A stretch of 64,000 nt of DNA from Antedon mediterranea (Eukaryota; Animalia; Echinodermata): contig NC_092674.1 of NCBI RefSeq assembly GCF_964355755.1, positions 23,870,001-23,934,000 of the forward strand. The letters run 5' to 3'. A model generated the notes under the pieces. It had not been told where the DNA came from. It saw nothing but the letters and a program-made list of their open reading frames with translations, and did not search any database. Every line of letters begins with the position of its first letter. Position 1 is the stretch's first letter. The translations under genes and the position numbers were made by a program. Below, piece after piece: positions 25,554 to 34,300 of the stretch.

Positions 25554-28265
25554 TTAATTATAAAACGATAAAGATGAGGAAATCTGTGAGAATGAGAAAA
25601 AGTCGCCCCAACCGAGACTCGAACTCGGACCGCCTGCTTGATATGCAGATGTCCTAACCATTAGACCACTGGTCAAATTAATTAATTAAATTTCAGTATA
25701 TCACCGGGCGGTTTAGAATTAATGTTCTTTGCCTGATTTGTTTATATATATAAAAGTATCTCTTCGGAGATCCCGCCTCGTGAATAAAAATGTTGTAAGA
25801 TGAGGGCGTATCAATTTGATCTCTGGTGCGCGTGCGTACAACTGAGGACTAGTGCTGTTCCGCCGTACCACGCCGAGAATGTTAAAGAGTCGCTATCCAA
25901 TCGAGTTCCAACAATACAGTGAAAGCCCCAGTGGTCTAATGGTTAGGACATCTGCATATCAAGCAGGCGGTCCGAGTTCGAGTCTCGGTTGGGGCGACTT
26001 TTTCTCATTCTCACAGATTTCCTCATCTTTATTGTTTCAAATTAATTAATTAAATTTCAGTATATCACCGGGCGGTTTAGAATTAATGTTCTTTGCCTGA
26101 TTTGTTTATATATATAAAAGTATCTCTTCGGAGATCCTGCCTCGTGAATAAAAATGCTGTAAGATGAGGGCGTATCAATTTGATCTCTGGTGTGCGTGCG
26201 TACAACTGAGGACTAGTGCTGTTCCGCCGTACCACGCCGAGAATGTTAAAGAGTCGCTATCCAATCGAGTTCGAACAATACCGTGAAAGCCCCAGTGGTC
26301 TAATGGTTAGGACATCTGCATATCAAGCAGGCGGTCCGAGTTCGAGTCTCGGTTGGGGCGACTTTTTCTCATTCTCACAGATTTCCTCATCTTTATCGTT
26401 TCAAATTAATTAATTAAATTTCAGTATATCACCGGGCGGTTTAGAATTAATGTTCTTTGCCTGATTTGTTTATATATATAAAAAGTATCTCTTCGGAGAT
26501 CCCGCCTCGTGAATAAAAATGCTGTAAGATGAGGGCGTATCAATTTGATCTCTGGTGTGGGTGCGTACAACTGAGGACTAGTGCTGTTCCGCCGTACCAC
26601 GCCGAGAATGTTAAAAAGTCGCTATCCAATCGAGTTCGAACAATACCGTGAAAGCCCCAGTGGTCTAATGGTTAGGACATCTGCATATCAAGCAGGCGGT
26701 CCGAGTTCGAGTCTCGGTTGGGGCGACTTTTTCTCATTCTCACAGATTTCCTCATCTTTATCGTTTCAAATTAATTAATTAAATTTCAGTATATCACCAG
26801 GCGGTTTAGAATTAATGTTCTTTGCCTGATTTGTTTATATACTGAGGACTAGTGCTGTTCCGCCGTACCACGCCGAGAATGTTAAAGAGTCGTTATCCAA
26901 TCGAGTTTGAACAATACCATGAAAGCCCCAGTGGTCTAATGGTTAGGACATCTGCATATCAAGCAGGCGGTCCGAGTTCGAGTCTCGGTTGGGGCGACTT
27001 TTTCTCATTCTCACAGATTTCCTCATCTTTATCGTTTCAAATTAATTAATTAAATTTCAGTATATCACCGGGTGGTTTAGAATTAATGTTCTTTGCCTGA
27101 TTTGTTTATATACTGAGGACTAGTGCTGTTCCGCCGTACCACGCCGAGAATGTTAAAGAGTCGTTATCCAATCGAGTTTGAACAATACCATGAAAGCCCC
27201 AGTGGTCTAATGGTTAGGACATCTGCATATCAAGCAGGCGGTCCGAGTTCGAGTCTCGGTTGGGGCGACTTTTTCTCATTCTCACAGATTTCCTCATCTC
27301 TATCGTTACAAATTAATTAATTAAATTTAAGTATATCACCGGGCGGTTTAGAATTAATGTTCTTTGCCTCTTGTGTTTATATATATAAAAAAGTATCTCT
27401 TCGGAGATCCCGCCTCGTGAATAAAAATACTGAAAGATGAGGGCATATCAATTTGATCTCTGTTGCGCGTGCGTACAACTGAGGACTAGTGCTGTTCCGC
27501 CGTACCACGCCGAGAATGTTAAAGAGTTGTTATCCAATCGAGTTCGAACAATACCATGAAAGCCCCAGTGGTCTAATGGTTAGGACATCTGCATATCAAG
27601 CAGGCGGTCCGAGTTCGAGTCTCGGTTGGGGCGACTTTTTCTCATTCTCACACATTTCTTCATCTCTATCGTTTCAAATTAATTAATTAAATTTCAGTAT
27701 ATCACCAGGCGGTTTAGAATTAATGTTCTTTGCCTCTTGTGTTTATATATCTGAGATCCCGCCTCGTGAATAAAAATACTGTAAGATCAATTTGATCTCT
27801 GGTGCACGTGCGTACAACTGAGGACTAGTGCTGTTCCGCCGTACCACGCCGAGAATGTTAAAGAGTCGCTATCCAATCGAGTTCTCATCTTTATCGTTTC
27901 AAATTAATTAATTAAATTTCAGTATATCACCGGGCGGTTTAGAATTAATGTTCTGTGCCTGATTTGTTTATGTATATATATATATATAAATCCAAAGGCA
28001 AATTACTGAAAAAATGACAATGCTGTGGGTATCAGTGGCTGGATCTCAATGGAGATACAAAAAAAAAAGCGAAAAGCTAAATCAAAACGATAAAGTAAAC
28101 AGCCAGAAAAGTTAGCAGAGCTTTCGGGCAACACTTGCCCTTCATCAGTGCAAGTGAGGGAATTTGGATAAAGTCATAGCATATGAGTTGGCAAGTGCTG
28201 CTTGGGTGGACAGGAATAAAAGAAATATAACAATAGAAACAGCATGTTGAATAGTGGGTGGAGAC

Positions 28266-28332
<67 letters not shown>

Positions 28333-31300
28333 TTTCAAAAATTAATTAAATAATTTTCAGTGTATCACCGGGCGGTTTGGAATTTATTTCTATGCCTGTT
28401 GTGTTTATATATATATAAAAGTATCTCTCGAGATCCCGCTTAGTGAATAAATATACTGAATTATAGATGAGGGCGTATCAATTTGATCTCTGGTGCGCGT
28501 GCGTACAACTGAGGACTAGTTGTGTTCCAACCGTACCACGCCGAGAATGTTAAAGGGTCGTTATCCGATCGAGTTAAAGAACAATACTATGAAAGCCCCA
28601 GTGGTCTAATGGTTAGGGCAACTGCATATCAAGCAGACGGTCCGAGTTCGAGTCTCGGTTGGGGCGACTTTTTCTCATTCTCCCAGATTTCCTCATCTTT
28701 ATCGTTTCAAAAATTAATTAAATAATTTTCAGTGTATCACCGGGCGGTTTGGAATTTATTTCTATGCCTGTTGTGTTTATATATATATAAAAGTATCTCT
28801 CGAGATCCCGCTTAGTGAATAAATATACTGAATTATAGATGAGGGCGTATCAATTTGATCTCTGGTGCGCGTGCGTACAACTGAGGACTAGTTGTGTTCC
28901 AACCGTACCACGCCGAGAATGTTAAAGGGTCGTTATCCGATCGAGTTAAAGAACAATACTATGAAAGCCCCAGTGGTCTAATGGTTAGGGCAACTGCATA
29001 TCAAGCAGACGGTCCGAGTTCGAGTCTCGATTGGGGCGACTTTTTCTCATTCTCCCAGATTTCCTCATCTTTATCGTTTCAAAAATTAATTAAATAATTT
29101 TCAGTGTATCACCGGGCGGTTTGGAATTTATTTCTATGCCTGTTGTGTTTATATATATATATATATATATGATCTCTATATTATTATTATAGTTTACATG
29201 TCCCCGAATTGACGTAGATAAAGTTTAATTGTTCAAATTAGGCAATGGGTGAATTCCATACATAAATATTGCCCTTTTTTTTCAATTCAATTCTATTTCT
29301 AAACAAGTCCATATAAAAAAATAATATACATAAATAATACAAATAAATACAGTAGTTCCATAATTAGATTTGACTACAAAAAGGAGAATTTGCTACAAAG
29401 GTATAAAATGTACTATAAACAGAGATTATTATGCATATTATAGTAGTTGGGTCTATACCCTGTACCATTATTTTTTTACATTTTTTTTTATTCATACCAT
29501 CCAACAGCAAGTTACCAATTACAGGATGGATAGACTATTTTATAATTTATCATGCTAATATACTAAGTCTCATTTGAGGCTTAGGGAGTGAAGTTCAACC
29601 CTACTCTAGGTCAGGATTGAACCCTGGACCTTGAGATTGGAAGGCAAGTATGTGAACCACCAAGCTACAGCTCCACTACATTTTGTCTACTACAGTCAAC
29701 TCTCCCAATACCGGACACCTTTGGGCCGGCCAAATAAGTCTGGTTTTCTGGAAAGTCTGGTATTCGGAATGTGTTTTTAATGGTAAATATAAATTTGGGA
29801 CCATTTGGTCCTCAAAAAAAGTCTGGTATTGGGAGAGTTTCTGGTTTTCAGAGAGTCCGGTATTGGGAGAGTTGACTGTATTCCCCATTGTAGTTGTCAA
29901 AACAATGCTGGTCTAAATTTATGGGCTATTGGTGGGATTATAATGAAGTGTCTTTCCTTTCTACAGCAAATTGAAGATGGTGACAAAAACCAGCCTTACT
30001 ACGTGATAGTGGTACATCCCATTGATCCCAATATTCCAATATCAGGTTGGGTTGTGTCCAGAAGACTCACTGACTTCCACATGCTCCACAAGAGGATTAA
30101 AGATGTAAGTTTTCATACATTTTTATATTACCATATTTATTCGAATAAACGCCTCGGAGAGGGAAGGTCGCAATAATTTGTTTGGGTGTAATATGCTAAA
30201 TTCTCCCTATTTTTAATATGCATGTAGCGCAGCATTTATTTCAGGATAAAAATAAAGGCCCCGGAGCATCTATTTGAGGCAGGTGACGTGTTTATTCAAA
30301 ATGATGTTCTACGTTAAGGCATTTAGTCGAGGGTTGCGTTTTTGAAAGCAGGGCGTTTATTTAAATAAATATAGTAACCATCATTCCAAATGATTTTGCA
30401 TAGTTGTCAAGCTTTTTAACAGATCTGGATATAAAATATATCTAATATTATAAGATATAAACATTTGCACCATCGACGCAACTTATTTTTAGTGGTGTGG
30501 GTAAAGCAGAAAGAGGCTAAAGACTTTTTCATAATATATTTCATATTTGATTATTTTACTAATTCTCAATGATTTGAAATATTTTACTTGGTAATTGTAA
30601 TAAAAATAAAATTTTCTTATATAAACCTAATTGTTCTTTTAATATATATTTTTTTGTATCTTAAGAAAAATGCCTTACATTTACATTGATGAGTCCATTA
30701 TTTTGTTGGTATCAGAAACACGGATCAAAATATTTTCAAAAACTTGTTATATGATTAATTAATTTTAGTGCAGCAAGTTGCTAGCAAAATATGAGTTGCC
30801 TCAGATGAGCAGACGTCCTTTCAAAACCCTTGATAAGGAATTCCTAGAAACATCAAAAGCTCAGCTACAAGACTACCTCACTGTAAGTTGTCATCTACTG
30901 GGTCATTTATTTGTCATGATAAATATTGATTTTAAAGTTGCTGACCAAGCTTTTACTAGATAGGCATGCCCATGCAACAATGTGGATAACCAGACCTCCC
31001 TAGTCTCCTAATAATCATGGAAGGTTCTTGATGTTTCAAAGCCCCCAAAGATGGATAATACAAGCTTTAACTTTGTCTACACTAGTGTGATGTGCCCATA
31101 TATGGACACGATCATGTCACTACCATATTTGGGTAGATAGGTACATTTTTTTTCAAACTAGTTTGTTAGTGCAGACTGTTGATTAAGGGTAGGTTTATGA
31201 ATTAACATCGTCGGTTATAATACAAATCTTTAATAATTATGATTTTCATAATTTTAATTTATGCTAATTTCCACAGTCTATTCTAAAAGATGATACGTTG

Positions 31301-34300
31301 AAGCATAGTGAAGCTTTATACAGGTTTCTTCTTCCGTCGCCAACACCAATACAAAAACCAACTGACGAGTAAGACATAGGGTTAAAGTTCAATTAGTTTC
31401 ACTCTGTCTGAGTCATTCTGTGTAGAGTATGACTTCCAGCTCATAATTGTTATTGATTATACTATATGTTATACAATAAATGATTAAAGACAAAGAAATT
31501 ACTTTAAACTACTAAAAGAACATAGGTGCCTGGGGATTTAGGAAAGACCTGGAATTCTAGAAGTGCCTGTTATTAAATGGTACATAGGGGTGCCTGGTCT
31601 GTGGAATTACCTGCCTGCAAGTATGGGAGTTTGAGATGTGAATTTTCCAAGAAAAAAAAAATGGTTGAAAATATATCATTGACTTTTTATTTTTAGAAAA
31701 GAGAAAAAAGCAGGATTTTCATTAACAGGAATTTTTAAGAGTGCACCTGAGCAACCTGAAAGTACTGAGGAAAAGGATACAATTGAAGATAGGTTTGTTG
31801 ACTGATTCTGTAAACTTCTGTATTACAACAGTAGTAGTAATAATTAAGGCATGGGAACTGTCGTTTTTGTATTGCACACAACCCTAAAGCTAATTTCTCA
31901 TCTCTGATTGGTCAGTACAAAAAAATACACTGTGCTGTGTAGCATTTATGATTGGCTGTCAGTGTATAATACTGTTTTTAAAAAATCAATTACCAATTAT
32001 TTAACCTGGTATTTAGGAGGTACCTGGGAATAAAGGGTAGCTGAGATTCAATTGGTGCCTGGGATTTAGGAGGTGCCTGGGAATGAAGGGTAGCTGAGAT
32101 TCAATCAGTGCCTGGGATTAAAGAAGTGTCTGATTCTTTAGTACTTTCGGTTGTCTGAGAGATTCATAACTTTTTTAATGTTTTGTCTAGCTCCTCTGAA
32201 GTACGCGACTCTATTGCAAAACCGATGTATTCCTTGATAGAAGAGATATTTGAGTTAAAAGGGATGTTTAAGTGGCTACGACGGACACTCATTGTTTTTG
32301 TACAAGCTACTTTTGGGGGTACAATTAATAAGTAAGTAAACAAAGTATTAATTCTCAGTATACAGTATGTAAAAAGATTTATTTGTGAAACAATAAATAA
32401 TCATTACATTTATTGAGGAATGATATATAAAACAATATATATCACCAGAATTTAGCTAAAAAGCATATCGCATTTTATCAATGAAGTTGTAGGGCCTAAA
32501 ATGAAGTGCTGAATTAAGACCCAGGGCAGCAGCTCAAAAACACATTTTGGATCCTATTTATATTATCTAATTATCATTTCTTGTGATAAAGTTTACATCA
32601 AAGTATAAAATAGTCACAATTGTATGGCTCTAAATTTAAAAAGTTAAATATAGCAAATAATTATTTATTATTATATTGATAACCATCAGAGAAATACGAA
32701 CGACCGTTGACTGGCTCTTCTCTGAACCTATGGTCATATACTACGTCCATTACTTTCGCAATGCAATGTGGCCGGATGGTAAATTTGTCCAGATGCCTGA
32801 CCCAAAGACAGAAGCTGAGGAGCAACAAACCAAACTGGATGCGAAGGAACGATTCCTCAAGAACATTCCAGGTAAGTGTAAAACAAAACGATCACTTCCT
32901 AAAGTAGGTGGTTGTAAACCTTGCATGTTCCAGGCACTGCTTGCCTGGCTAAGCAGATTTCCACTTAACCCCCGTCCGCTCCACATTCTATGTAAATAGT
33001 CATAAGTAATAGCATAGATTCTATGTTTTCCGTGTGAATTGGCCTTCATGCTTTTTCTTATGTTTTAATAGATATTCTACAGAATACAGTTGGAGGCCAA
33101 AACAGTCGAGTTGGGTTTGCTAAGATTTTTGATGCATTCCAAGAGGAGGTGACAAACAAGCATTTGTTTTATGTAAGATACAATCAATGTAACAATCAAC
33201 AATTCAAATTTCAGTAGAAACCCCTGTTAAGGGGACACCTGCGGGACCAAACAAAGTGTTCCTTAATTGGGGCTTCCCCTCATTGGGGGACCAAACAAAG
33301 TGTTCCTTAATTGGGGCTTCCCCTCATTGGGGTTGCCGATATATATTGCCTCTTATTCGATTAACAAGAAAGTATCGCCTAGATATGGTTGTCAGAGACT
33401 TAGACTGGTTGCTGTCGAAAATTGTGAAACTACTATAAACTTTGCCTCTTTTTTTGGTGGGTTTGAGTGGTTTTTTATGATGCGATTTTTTCCATGTAGT
33501 AAAGCAGTTTAGACACCACAGTCTATGGTCTACCTAGCGCATCGAACATAATTTACAGAATATTTATGAAAACCTGACCATTGAATAGAACCATTCATTA
33601 GAATTAGATACAATTAGATAACATATACATTGATTGGATACTTAAGGCAGCTATTTAAAATAATAAAGGATACTGATCACCCCCTTAACAAAAAAACGAA
33701 ATGGTAGAATACACGTTCCAATAACTAAGACAAACAGAACAAGATATGCCTTTGTTGCAAATGCTATCCATATTATTAATTCACATCACCATCGATAAAA
33801 TACTGTATTTTAATTAAGAATAGTAAATGAAACTTTTTAAACTACAACTTTTTAAATTGTTTATGCTTTTTATCGTATTTTAACTTCCATAAATCTACTT
33901 TTTACTCGGGGTACCCGAGTCTAGTACTTACTCATTTTCTCCTCCACCATCTGGACACTATTGAGTAAAAAGTGCAATTTTTAAAGTACTACTCCTCCCT
34001 TATTAGTTGTAGTATTGAGCTGGGATTTAGCATGAATATACTACAGGGACATGTCCTCAAATCTATAGAGCCGGATTTTTAGATTTCAAACCGGATGCAG
34101 CCATATAACGTCTCGAAAATGGTACCATATAGCCGTATTTGGTAGGTTATTGATGTGTATGTGACGTCACATCCCGTCTTATGACGTCATTACAGCTTCA
34201 TTTGCTGTACCCCGAGTATCGCACAATCGTGCTTTTTACTCGGGGTACCCGAGTCTAGTTTGTTAATTAATTTGTTTAATTAAGAAGCCACAATGTGTGA

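Larger units (their letters stand above)
25548..27970 (+). repeat. tandem array A of tRNA-containing units (364/365/271/271/366-bp spacing) embedded in (TA)n
   Basis: Six units with a tRNA cassette, one unit with the cassette deleted (~27750-27970), a leading partial 3' fragment (25673-25745) and an inverted partial copy (25548-25672). Confidence 0.95.
28331..29151 (+). repeat. tandem array B (372-bp subfamily of the tRNA-containing unit) embedded in (TA)n
   Basis: A partial 3' fragment followed by two near-identical units, with diagnostic differences from array A throughout. Confidence 0.95.

Noticed and set aside
25826-25853. Helitron-type hairpin + CTAG inside the tRNA repeat unit
   Set aside because: The stem is weak, and unit boundaries fall at (TA)n tracts rather than at this CTAG.
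25852-29097. Eight repeated 65-67 aa ORFs (MLFRRTTPR...)
   Set aside because: They have GTG starts and are read-throughs of the tRNA-containing repeat unit, with no protein features.
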